DNA of 64,000 bases, from contig CBDCXL010000002.1 in NCBI GenBank assembly GCA_965223795.1, positions 2,880,001 to 2,944,000 of the forward strand, written 5' to 3'. Positions within the stretch are counted from its first letter, which is position 1. Every line of letters begins with the position of its first letter. This DNA comes from Nitrospinales bacterium. GTDB taxonomy: Bacteria > Nitrospinota > Nitrospinia > Nitrospinales > VA-1. The position numbers were made by a program, and so were the translations under genes. The notes beneath the pieces are model-generated. The model did not search any database, was not told the DNA's origin, and worked only from the letters and a program-made list of their open reading frames with translations. Below are positions 18,555-27,441 of this stretch, piece after piece.

Positions 18555-19832
18555 TCAGGAAACCTTTTCCACTTCGCGTTCCATTTCGCGCGGCGTGCGC
18601 TCCCAGCGGATCGGCGGTTCCTTTTTACTGGATTTCAACGGGGTGAGTTTTTTTCTCAGACCGGTGTAAACGTCGCGCAGGGCGTCGAATGCGGTGTACA
18701 GGGCGTCGCTGAAACGGGTGAGCCAGGTGAAGGAGTTTTCCTTCACGGTTTTCCAGACCATGAAGTACGTCAGGAAAAACAGCGCCACATTGGGCATCCA
18801 CATGGCGAGGCTGGGGTTCACCAGGTTGTGCTTGCCCACGTTCTGCGAAAAGATCATGCCGATGTAATACACGCCCAGGACCAGGGCGCTGACGATGATC
18901 CCTCCGGACCGTCCCGAGCGGCTGGACTTGATCCCCAGCGTCGCGCCGGCAATCCCGAACAGCAGGCAGGAAAAGGGGATGGCGAATTTCTTGCTGACCT
19001 GCACTTCCTCGCGCGCGGTTTCCTGCCCCTGGGCTCTTTTTTTCTGGATGATTTCCTTCAACTCGCCGTAGGAGATGTCGCGGTTGCGTTCCACCAGCTT
19101 GCTCAACAGATTCTGGTTGTCGGGCAGCTTGAGCAGCCGTTCGTAGCGGTCGAAGTTGAGGATGTTGTAGTTGCGTCCTTCCTTGGTCATGTCGTGGATC
19201 GTGCCGTTCTGAAACTGCAGGGTGATCTGGTAGGTTTCCGGGTCGGACACGATGACCCCCTGTTTTGCGAGGATGATCTTGTTGGCGCCTTGTTCGGACT
19301 GGTCGGCCACGAAGATGTCCTTGAGCAGGGTTTCGCCGTCTTTACTCTGGGCGTACAGGACCAGGTCCTTGAAATCGGAGTTGAAGATCTTCGGCTGAAT
19401 GTTGATGTGGGCCCGGTTCTTCACGATGTCGAACAGCGTTTTCTTGAACTCCTGATTGCCCCAGGGGATGGCGAAGAACACCACCACGTTGGTGAGGATG
19501 TAAGCGGCGATGGAGAACGCCATGATGGGCCTGGCGAGGAAGGTGAAACTCCATCCGCTGGTTTTCATGGCCACGAATTCATTGTCGCCGGAAAACTGGT
19601 TGAAGGTCGAAACCGTGGCGATCAACAGGCTCAGGGGGATGCTGAGCAGCAGAAAGATCGGCGAGGTGTAGACCATCAGCCGCAGGCCCTCGATGAAGGT
19701 GACGCCCCGGTTGGCGATCATTTCCGTCATGTACAGGGTCTGTTCGAGGAGCAGGATCAGCGTGAGGAAGGAAACGCTGATGACGAAGATCTTGAGGATC
19801 TCCATGAAAATGTATTTGTGGATGATTTTCAT
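18555..19832 (-). CDS. lptF: LptF/LptG family permease (LptF-like)
   Basis: MKIIHKYIFMEI, FSGDNEFVAMKTSG, beta-jellyroll region, KKFAIPFSCLLF, AMWMPN. Confidence 0.85.
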   Translation of the reverse strand: MKIIHKYIFMEILKIFVISVSFLTLILLLEQTLYMTEMIANRGVTFIEGLRLMVYTSPIFLLLSIPLSLLIATVSTFNQFSGDNEFVAMKTSGWSFTFLARPIMAFSIAAYILTNVVVFFAIPWGNQEFKKTLFDIVKNRAHINIQPKIFNSDFKDLVLYAQSKDGETLLKDIFVADQSEQGANKIILAKQGVIVSDPETYQITLQFQNGTIHDMTKEGRNYNILNFDRYERLLKLPDNQNLLSKLVERNRDISYGELKEIIQKKRAQGQETAREEVQVSKKFAIPFSCLLFGIAGATLGIKSSRSGRSGGIIVSALVLGVYYIGMIFSQNVGKHNLVNPSLAMWMPNVALFFLTYFMVWKTVKENSFTWLTRFSDALYTAFDALRDVYTGLRKKLTPLKSSKKEPPIRWERTPREMEREVEKVS

Positions 19833-20305
19833 GAAACCTTCGAGTTGCCGCACGCCGCGGCCGCCGGATGCAAACGCATTGAGCGGAAGATGCGCCGGTG
19901 CCTCAAAACACCGTTTCCGGGATGAAACCGCCACGATTCCGGAAGTTGCGCCGGATCGCTGATCCGGCCGGTCCCGGCAACCGGAAACGCTTGCTGTGCC
20001 ACGATTCTCTTTGGGCCGCGTCCCACAAGGAGGCGAGCGGCTTGCATATCAATGCTATTTTACTCTATTCCCCGGTAAAAAATGAACGGCAATTGCGGAA
20101 AGCGCGCAAGAAACTTTGTTTATCCGCAACCGGAGACTCGAACAGAGCTGCCGGTTGCGGGCGGCGGAAGCCTCCCCGGCAAGGTTTTGCGCGCGGGCTG
20201 TGATTCTTCTTTCCGAACACGGATTTTTTGAGTATGCTTTGCGCAACGCAATCCCCCGAAGGGGCCAGCGCCTGGGCTGAAACGTCATTCACGAGAGGAG
20301 TCAAC

Positions 20306-21136
20306 ATGCTTGAATCACCAGACATCGGCAATCTGTTTACCAAGTACGTCATTCCCTGGGCCATCAATATTTCTCTGGCGGCGCTCGTTTATGTCGTCGG
20401 GCGCTGGATATCTAGGCTGGTGGTCAACATCGCGGAGAAACTGCTCAAGCGTGCCAAAACGGATCCGATCCTGGTGAATTTTCTGCGTTCCATTCTGAAC
20501 GCGTTGCTGCTTCTCGTTGTCGTCATCGCCGCGCTCGATCAGCTCGGTGTGGACACGACCTCGCTGATCGCGGTTCTCGGTGCGGCGGGCCTGGCGGTCG
20601 GTCTGGCTCTCAAGGATTCGCTGCAGAATTTCGCTTCGGGAGTCATGATGATCATCTTCCGGCCGTTCAAGGCGGGGGATTACATCGAAGCGGGCGGGAC
20701 CGCGGGAACGGTGGAGAACATCACCATCTTCAATACGATTTTCAAGACGCCGGACAACTGCGAAGTGATCGTTCCCAACAGCGCCATATACAGCGGCAAC
20801 ATCAAAAATTATTCAGCCAAGAAAATCCGCCGCGTCGACATGGTGTTCGGCATCGGTTACAACGACGACATCCGCGAGGCGCGCGAGATCATCCAGTCGG
20901 TGCTGGAATCGGACGACCGGATCCTCGAGGACCCGGAGCCGCTGATCGCCGTGGGCGAGCTTGCGGACAGCAGCGTGAACTTCAACGTCCGGCCCTGGGT
21001 GGAAAGCGGCGATTACTGGCCTGTGAAATTCGATCTGACCGAACGCATCAAACTGGCGTTCGACGAGAGCGGCATCTCCATTCCCTTCCCGCAGCGGGAC
21101 GTGCACCTGGTTAAAGAGGAAGATGAGATGGACTGA
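20306..21136 (+). CDS. mscS: Small-conductance mechanosensitive channel
   Basis: GAAGLAVGLALKDSLQNFASG, RPFKAGDYIE, ISIPFPQRDVH; GAGGAG RBS. Confidence 0.95.
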   Translation: MLESPDIGNLFTKYVIPWAINISLAALVYVVGRWISRLVVNIAEKLLKRAKTDPILVNFLRSILNALLLLVVVIAALDQLGVDTTSLIAVLGAAGLAVGLALKDSLQNFASGVMMIIFRPFKAGDYIEAGGTAGTVENITIFNTIFKTPDNCEVIVPNSAIYSGNIKNYSAKKIRRVDMVFGIGYNDDIREAREIIQSVLESDDRILEDPEPLIAVGELADSSVNFNVRPWVESGDYWPVKFDLTERIKLAFDESGISIPFPQRDVHLVKEEDEMD

Positions 21137-21407
21137 GTGCACCTGCGTCGTTGCATTCATGCTTCGATTCCCGTTTTTCCTGAGTGGGGCCGCCGCAGCG
21201 GTGCGTTGCGGCGGCCTTCTAAAGGTTCTGAAATTTCGCCTGCCAGCCAGCGCCGGAGGCAATGCGCCCGCATATGTGGTCACCAAATCACAAACGGTTA
21301 TAAAAAAGCAGACTGCCTGATACCCCGGTCCCACGGCGCCGGACGGACCTCCGGAGTAATTTCCCCGAATACAATCCTTCTTCCCGATTCAAAAAATACC
21401 CTTGGCA

Positions 21408-21424
21408 TTGGCAAGGTAATTGCT
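21408..21424 (+). promoter_or_regulatory. sigma54 (-24/-12) promoter
   Basis: TTGGCAAGGTAATTGCT, exact GG-N10-GC spacing, about 105 bp upstream of the GTG at 21530. Confidence 0.65.
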
Positions 21425-21529
21425 TCTTGCCTGTATGTCTGGATCACCATCCGCTCATTTTCCTGATTCCGCAACAGAACGTGGTCCGAAGCCACTCACC
21501 CTTTATCAAAGCAGGGGAAGGAGGACGTT

Positions 21530-23023
21530 GTGACAGTCAATGATTCTTGGGTCATCATTCCCGGCCAGCCCTGGCTCTCGATGAGCATCTGGGTTTTTCT
21601 GGTCATGATCGCGTTGTACATGGGCCGCGGTATCGTGCATTCCGCGATTTCCGTGATCCTGCGCATCGTGTACTCCAGCTTCCGCTTTGCGGCCCGCTCT
21701 CTGTCTCTGACCGAGAAAAAACTGGTGGCGCGCAATAAGGAAGTGCTGATGGAGCTGGGCCGTGAGCAGATGGAGCGCCAGCTGGAGCGGGAGTTTTTCC
21801 GTGTCAACGCGGTGGTGGAAAAGGATCTGGGCGGCTATCCCAAGCTGCAGCGGGTGATTTCCGACCAGATCACGCGCATCGAGGAAGATTACAAGCAGAG
21901 CGGCCAAGTGGCTCCGCCGCCGCCGGAATGGATCGAGGCGGTGGAAGCGGTGGCCAAGCTGCATCTGGACGGGAAAGGCAACGGGGTTGCCGTGAAAGTG
22001 CTGAAGAGCATCCATGAGGCTTCCATCCAGCAGCAGAAGGAAGCGCTGGAGGAATACCGCGACACCATGAGCGCCCGCCATAAGCTGCTGCACGGCATGC
22101 TGCCTTACTGGCGCAAACTGACCAACACGATCGACGAGGTGGGGACCACCATGCAGGGGCTGGTGGAACGCGCCAAGGACATCGACGACAAGATGTCGCG
22201 CTACGAGGCGATCCGCCAGGGCACCGACAAGGCCGAGCGGACGCTTAGGGCTTCCTCGATCACGCAGTTTTTCGTTTCGCTGTTCGCGGTGGCGATCGCG
22301 GTGGGCGGCGCCATCATCAATTTCAATCTCATCGCGCTGCCCATGTCCGAGATGGTCGGGGCGGCGAGCCGCATCGGCGCTTACAAGATCTCCGACATCG
22401 CCGCGCTGGTGATCATTTTCGTCGAGATCTCGATGGGGCTGTACCTCATGGAGGCGCTTCGGTTCACGAAACTGTTTCCGATCATCGGCGCGATGAACGA
22501 CCGCATGCGCCGGCGCATGATCTGGATCACGTTCAGCATCCTGTTCACGCTGGCCTGCATGGAGTCTTCGCTGGCGTTCATGCGCGACCAGATCGCCGCC
22601 GACCTGAGCGCCCTGCGCCTGTCTTTGACCGAGGCCAACGGCGCCGCCGTGCAGGCGGAATCGGCCGTGAATTCCTGGATTCCGATGGTGGGGCAGATGA
22701 TCATGGGCTTCGTGCTTCCCTTCGCGCTGACGTTCGTCGCGATTCCGCTGGAGTCGCTGGTGCACGGCGCGCGCACGCTGTTCGGGGAGCTGCTGGTGAT
22801 CCTTGTGCGGTCGCTGGCGTTCGTGCTGCGTCTGATCGGCAACATCGTCCGGCATCTGGAGATGTTCGTGACGCGGGTGTACGACCTGTTCATATTCGTG
22901 CCTCTCTGGGTGGAGGGGCTGCTGCGCGAGCGGGCCTGGAAGAAGCAGCTCGCGGAGGGCAACGGAACGCAATCGACGGCTCCGGTTCCGAAAACGGCCT
23001 GGGCCGAGGAGGTGGCGCAATGA
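21530..23023 (+). CDS. Hypothetical membrane protein with coiled-coil domain
   Basis: 497 aa; N-terminal TM, long helical region, then 5-6 TMs; GGAGG RBS; ATGA overlap with the next gene. Confidence 0.8.
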   Translation: MTVNDSWVIIPGQPWLSMSIWVFLVMIALYMGRGIVHSAISVILRIVYSSFRFAARSLSLTEKKLVARNKEVLMELGREQMERQLEREFFRVNAVVEKDLGGYPKLQRVISDQITRIEEDYKQSGQVAPPPPEWIEAVEAVAKLHLDGKGNGVAVKVLKSIHEASIQQQKEALEEYRDTMSARHKLLHGMLPYWRKLTNTIDEVGTTMQGLVERAKDIDDKMSRYEAIRQGTDKAERTLRASSITQFFVSLFAVAIAVGGAIINFNLIALPMSEMVGAASRIGAYKISDIAALVIIFVEISMGLYLMEALRFTKLFPIIGAMNDRMRRRMIWITFSILFTLACMESSLAFMRDQIAADLSALRLSLTEANGAAVQAESAVNSWIPMVGQMIMGFVLPFALTFVAIPLESLVHGARTLFGELLVILVRSLAFVLRLIGNIVRHLEMFVTRVYDLFIFVPLWVEGLLRERAWKKQLAEGNGTQSTAPVPKTAWAEEVAQ

Positions 23024-23664
23024 GAAAACGACTGGCCTGGGTGGTTTTGACGCTGTCGCTGATGGCCTGCACGGACAGCGTGTCCAATTCCAAGGGGGTC
23101 TATCTGCTGCTGGACACCTCCGGAACTTACACGAACGAGCTCGACAAGGCGCAGCAGATCATCAATTATCTTTTGGGGACGCTCGATCCGGGCGATTCGT
23201 TTGTGGTGGCCCGCATCGACAGCGGCAGCTTCAGTGAAAAGGACATCATCGCCAAGGCCACGTTCGATTCCCGGCCTTCGGTGGCGAACAAGCAGAAGCG
23301 GGCGTTCGCGAAAAACATCGGCCATTTTGTCAAGACCATCAAGGCCAGCGCGTACACCGACATCTCCGGCGGTCTGCTGCAGGCGGTGGAATTCATGAAC
23401 GAGGCGGGGGTGGGCAAAAAATACGCCTTTATTTTCTCCGATCTGAAAGAAGAACTGCCGGAAGGCTTCAAGCGGGATTTCGCGCTGACGCTGGACGGGT
23501 TTTCCGTCGTGGCGCTGAACGTCACCAAATTGCGCAGCGACAACGTCAATCCGCAGGAATACCTGGACCGGCTGGAGCAGTGGAAGCACAGGGTGGAACG
23601 GGGCGGCGGCCAGTGGCGGGTCATCAACGACCTGGACCGGGAGGACCTGCTCACCGAAAGCTGA
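23020..23664 (+). CDS. VWA-domain lipoprotein
   Basis: Lipobox LMAC; MIDAS-like LLDTSGT...YTDI...FSD. Confidence 0.8.
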   Translation: MRKRLAWVVLTLSLMACTDSVSNSKGVYLLLDTSGTYTNELDKAQQIINYLLGTLDPGDSFVVARIDSGSFSEKDIIAKATFDSRPSVANKQKRAFAKNIGHFVKTIKASAYTDISGGLLQAVEFMNEAGVGKKYAFIFSDLKEELPEGFKRDFALTLDGFSVVALNVTKLRSDNVNPQEYLDRLEQWKHRVERGGGQWRVINDLDREDLLTES

Positions 23665-23729
23665 GATTATTGGGCGGAGACAATCTGTGAACTGCAAGAA
23701 CTATTTTTTATCGGAAAGCGAGACACAAT

Positions 23730-24107
23730 ATGGGCGGAAAAAAAACCGATCTGCGCGAACTGGAATCGGCGAAATACAACCTGATGGGAGCGCAGCTCAT
23801 CCGCGCGAACCTGGACGGCGGCAATTTCTCCAAGGCCAACTTTAAAAACGCATACCTCACCGGCGCTTCCATGCAGCGGGCCAATCTGATCCGGGCGAAC
23901 CTGATGGGCGCGGACCTGTCGCAGGCGAAGCTGACGGGCGCTCATCTTTCGGAGGCCAACCTCAAAGGCGCGGACCTCAACGACACCGAAATGACCGGTG
24001 CGCATCTGATGGGCGCGGACCTGAGCCAGGTGCGCAACCTGACCAAACGGCAGGTCGAGTCCGCCCGCGTGGACAAGAAAACCCGGCTCCCCAGCGGCCT
24101 CAAGTGA
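23730..24107 (+). CDS. Pentapeptide repeat protein
   Basis: A(D/N)LXX repeats; C-terminal NLTKRQVESA..DKKTRLP. Confidence 0.9.
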   Translation: MGGKKTDLRELESAKYNLMGAQLIRANLDGGNFSKANFKNAYLTGASMQRANLIRANLMGADLSQAKLTGAHLSEANLKGADLNDTEMTGAHLMGADLSQVRNLTKRQVESARVDKKTRLPSGLK

Positions 24108-24191
24108 TGGGAGCCCTGCATTCCTCTCCCACTTTGAACCGGCGGGCCGGGGGGAATTCCTGAAGGCGGGTGAACTGAAAATGGAGAAACC

Positions 24192-25013
24192 ATGAACTGG
24201 TACAGTGCAGGTTTGGCCGGACTCTCCGGGGCCCTGGCGGCGCTGCTGGCGGGGCTTATTGTGAGAAATTCGAAAGAGAACGGGACCGCTTACACCGCAG
24301 TGGCTGTGGCTTTGTTTGTGGCGTTCACCGCACTGTCCAAAACCTTTTTGCTTCCCAAGATCAACGCCTGGCGGTTCGCTGAGGAAATCAACACCGTTCT
24401 TCTGCAAGTGCCGGCGTTTGAGACCATAAAAAAGCACGAACCTGAAACCTACAATAAGCTTGTCGAGGATCTCGGGAATTTGAAAGAAAACGGTTCGAGC
24501 CGTCAGGAAGGCATCGACCGGGTGCGGCAGCAAATATCAAAAGTGGTGATCCGCCGGCTTCCCGCTGCGTCCGATGAGGCAATTCTGGATTATATGCAGG
24601 TGACCCTGGATGAAATGAAGTACCTCAACGATCAGAGCGGTGCGCTCTGCTTTCGATTCCTGTACACCGAAGTGGAAGGCGGCGTGGATGGGAGCAAGGT
24701 TTTTCCCAGGGAAATACAGGAGCGCGATTTTGACGCTTTGAATCGGGTGATCGAAACGTCCGTGGGTTCTGAGTCCATCGTGCCGCAGGAAAGCGATGTT
24801 CTGGCGAATCTGGAAACGGTTTACAGGGAAATCTATCACCGTTATGGAGACGATGCGCGCGAACTGGAGGACCCGGTCAACAGTTCCTTACCGCCTTCCC
24901 GGATTTGTGACATCACCCATAGCCTTTACACACGCGTCATGACCCTCCCTCCCGATGAATCTGCTGATATTTTCAGGTGGATGTTTGCGCAGGCTGCCGG
25001 GACCATGGCTTGA
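24192..25013 (+). CDS. Hypothetical membrane-anchored protein
   Basis: Two N-terminal TMs; GGAG RBS; 273-aa ORF. Confidence 0.65.
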   Translation: MNWYSAGLAGLSGALAALLAGLIVRNSKENGTAYTAVAVALFVAFTALSKTFLLPKINAWRFAEEINTVLLQVPAFETIKKHEPETYNKLVEDLGNLKENGSSRQEGIDRVRQQISKVVIRRLPAASDEAILDYMQVTLDEMKYLNDQSGALCFRFLYTEVEGGVDGSKVFPREIQERDFDALNRVIETSVGSESIVPQESDVLANLETVYREIYHRYGDDARELEDPVNSSLPPSRICDITHSLYTRVMTLPPDESADIFRWMFAQAAGTMA

Positions 25014-25234
25014 GTCTGCCGGTTGCAAATCCGGCGCGGTTCGGGCCGCGGCTGTGCCGGGGAATTTTTGAACAAGTCGGCAATCCAACTTCGCCATACC
25101 CATTTCCCACCTCTCCCAGTGAAATTGTGCGTTTTCCTTTCCGGCAGGGAAAGTGGTATATTATCGATCTTTGATTGAATCTTTGACCACTCTGCATATA
25201 CGGTTTCCGGACTGCTCCATAGACTCGCCTTTTC

Positions 25235-26446
25235 ATGCTGAACGCCATTAAAGAATTTCTTCGTCTGGAATCGGCCAGCGGCCTGTTGATGATCGGGGTC
25301 GCGTTTCTTGCGCTGATCGCGGAAAACTCACCCTTTGAACCCATCTACGATTCCCTTTTGAGCACGCCTGTGGTCATTCAGATCGGCGCGTTTAAAATCG
25401 CCAAACCGCTGCTGCTCTGGATCAACGACGGTCTGATGGCCGTGTTCTTTTTTCTGATCGGCCTGGAGGTCAAGCGGGAAGTGCTGGAGGGAGAGCTCTC
25501 GAGCCCTCAGCGGGTGGCGCTGCCGGCGGTCGGGGCATTGGGGGGCATGATGGTTCCGGCGGTGATTTACTCCACACTGAACTGGGAGGACCCGAATGCG
25601 CTCAGAGGCTGGGCCATCCCCTCCGCCACCGACATCGCGTTCGCTCTGGGGGTGCTTTCACTGCTTGGGCGGCGGGTTCCCAATTCCCTGAAAATTTTCC
25701 TGCTGACTCTGGCCATTTTCGACGATATCGGAGCCATCGTCATCATCGCGGTGTTCTACACCGAAGATATGTCGTGGGAGTCTCTGCTGACGGCGGTGAT
25801 TCTGCTGGGTGTCCTGTATGTGTTCAACCGCAGGGGCGTGGTCAAAAATGCGCCCTATCTCGTGGTGGGCCTGATCATCTGGGCGGCGGTGCTCAAATCC
25901 GGGGTTCACGCGACGCTGGCGGGGGTCGTGGTCGCCTTGTTCATTCCCCTGCGCGTGCCCACAACTTCCGGAAAACCTCCCTTGCTGCAGATCATGCACG
26001 ATCTGCATCCGACGGTTTCGTTTTTCATCCTGCCTGTGTTCGCGTTTGCCAACACAGGCGTGTCTTTGGAAGGATTTACCTTCAACTCGCTTTTGCATCC
26101 GGTGCCGCTGGGAATCGCGCTAGGCCTGTTTCTGGGAAACCAGGTCGGCGTGTTCGGCTTCTGCTTTGTGGCCATCCGGATGGGATGGTGCCGGCTGCCG
26201 AAGCGCGTGAACTGGCTTGAGCTTTACGGCGTGTCCATTCTGTGCGGGATCGGTTTCACCATGAGCCTGTTCATCAGTTCTCTGGCTTTCGAACAGGGAG
26301 GGATCGACAACTCCGCGAACGACCGGCTGGGAATCCTGACCGGCACTCTGATTTCTGCTGTCACGGGATACTCGGTGCTGCGCTATGCGTTGTACCGAAA
26401 GAAAAGAAAAAAAGCGATCGCCGCGAAAGCCGCCGCCCGCCTGTAA
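25235..26446 (+). CDS. nhaA: Na+/H+ antiporter NhaA
   Basis: WINDGLMAVFF, GWAIPSATDIAFA, LAIFDDIGAI, SGVHAT, GIGFTMSLFI. Confidence 0.97.
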   Translation: MLNAIKEFLRLESASGLLMIGVAFLALIAENSPFEPIYDSLLSTPVVIQIGAFKIAKPLLLWINDGLMAVFFFLIGLEVKREVLEGELSSPQRVALPAVGALGGMMVPAVIYSTLNWEDPNALRGWAIPSATDIAFALGVLSLLGRRVPNSLKIFLLTLAIFDDIGAIVIIAVFYTEDMSWESLLTAVILLGVLYVFNRRGVVKNAPYLVVGLIIWAAVLKSGVHATLAGVVVALFIPLRVPTTSGKPPLLQIMHDLHPTVSFFILPVFAFANTGVSLEGFTFNSLLHPVPLGIALGLFLGNQVGVFGFCFVAIRMGWCRLPKRVNWLELYGVSILCGIGFTMSLFISSLAFEQGGIDNSANDRLGILTGTLISAVTGYSVLRYALYRKKRKKAIAAKAAARL

Positions 26447-26580
26447 ATTGATTTTACCTGCATACGTTTTTTAATCGGTTTCCTGTTCAACGGATCGCAA
26501 CGGGCCATAAAAAAGTTTGCCCTGATCGTGCTGCGGGAATATAGTGTCTGTAATGCCAAATTTTTTACGGGAGTCGGGAC

Positions 26581-27070
26581 GATGCATTGGAAAAGATGGC
26601 TGCTGGGCGTGATGGTTTTGAGTCTGTGTGCCGGTGTTACCGAGCGGGCGTCGGCAATGGAGAGTCTGATCCTGAAAAAATCCCTGCTCGATGAATCGGT
26701 TCTGGTGCAAGGGGTGCGCGGCGGATTCCGCGGCGGTTTCGGGCTTCGCTCCAAAGGATTCGGGTTTTCCTTCCGCCTGGGCCGGGGACTCAAAAGCCAC
26801 GGGTTTCTGCACGGGCGTCACGGGGTGTTTCTGGTGCATCCGCGGCAGTGGGGGGTGTTCGACGGCAAACGCTTTTTCCCGGTGAACCGGCGGGATTTCT
26901 GGAACCGCTGGAACCGGCGTTCGGGCATGGCCGTGCATGGGCGCGGCGGTGCCTATGCGGAACAGGGCGGCTGGCAGACCCGGGCCTGGTCCCGGGACGA
27001 TCTGGGCTCTCCGGGCTGGGAAGAGGACCTGGGGCCTTCCGGATGGTCGGAAGACCTGGGCACGTATTGA
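26581..27070 (+). CDS. Hypothetical secreted Gly/Arg/aromatic-rich protein
   Basis: Signal peptide MHWKRWLLG...ASA; GGAG RBS; C-terminal W..DLG repeats. Confidence 0.55.
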
Positions 27071-27441
27071 ACCGCGCTCTCCATTGAATACGGCTGCAAC
27101 GGCCGAACGTTTGCGGAGAGCCGGAACGGATTTTTAATTTACAATCCATCCGCAACCCGGACCGGGGTTGCGCTTTGCTCTGGACCGGCTGAAATCCGCT
27201 TTGCATGCGTAAGGCGCGGGTGTGACGGCCTGCCGCAAAATTTTATCCCTGCCATAAGCGCACCTTCCTTTTGTTTTTTACTCCGTTAGAATTCAGCCGG
27301 CAATTTCCTGACGCCGTTGTGACCAATGTTTTTTGACCTTCCGGCATTTTTTGATACATTTAGCTTAATTCAAATTTGCGTAAAAAATGGGAATGTTCGC
27401 CCCTAAAAGGGGCGTTGTTTTCGTTTTATGGGGATGTCCGG

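Noticed and set aside
19937..19986. Nested hairpin upstream of lptF as a riboswitch
   Set aside because: It has only an 8-bp core stem in GC-rich DNA and no recognisable aptamer motif. An Rfam scan would be needed.
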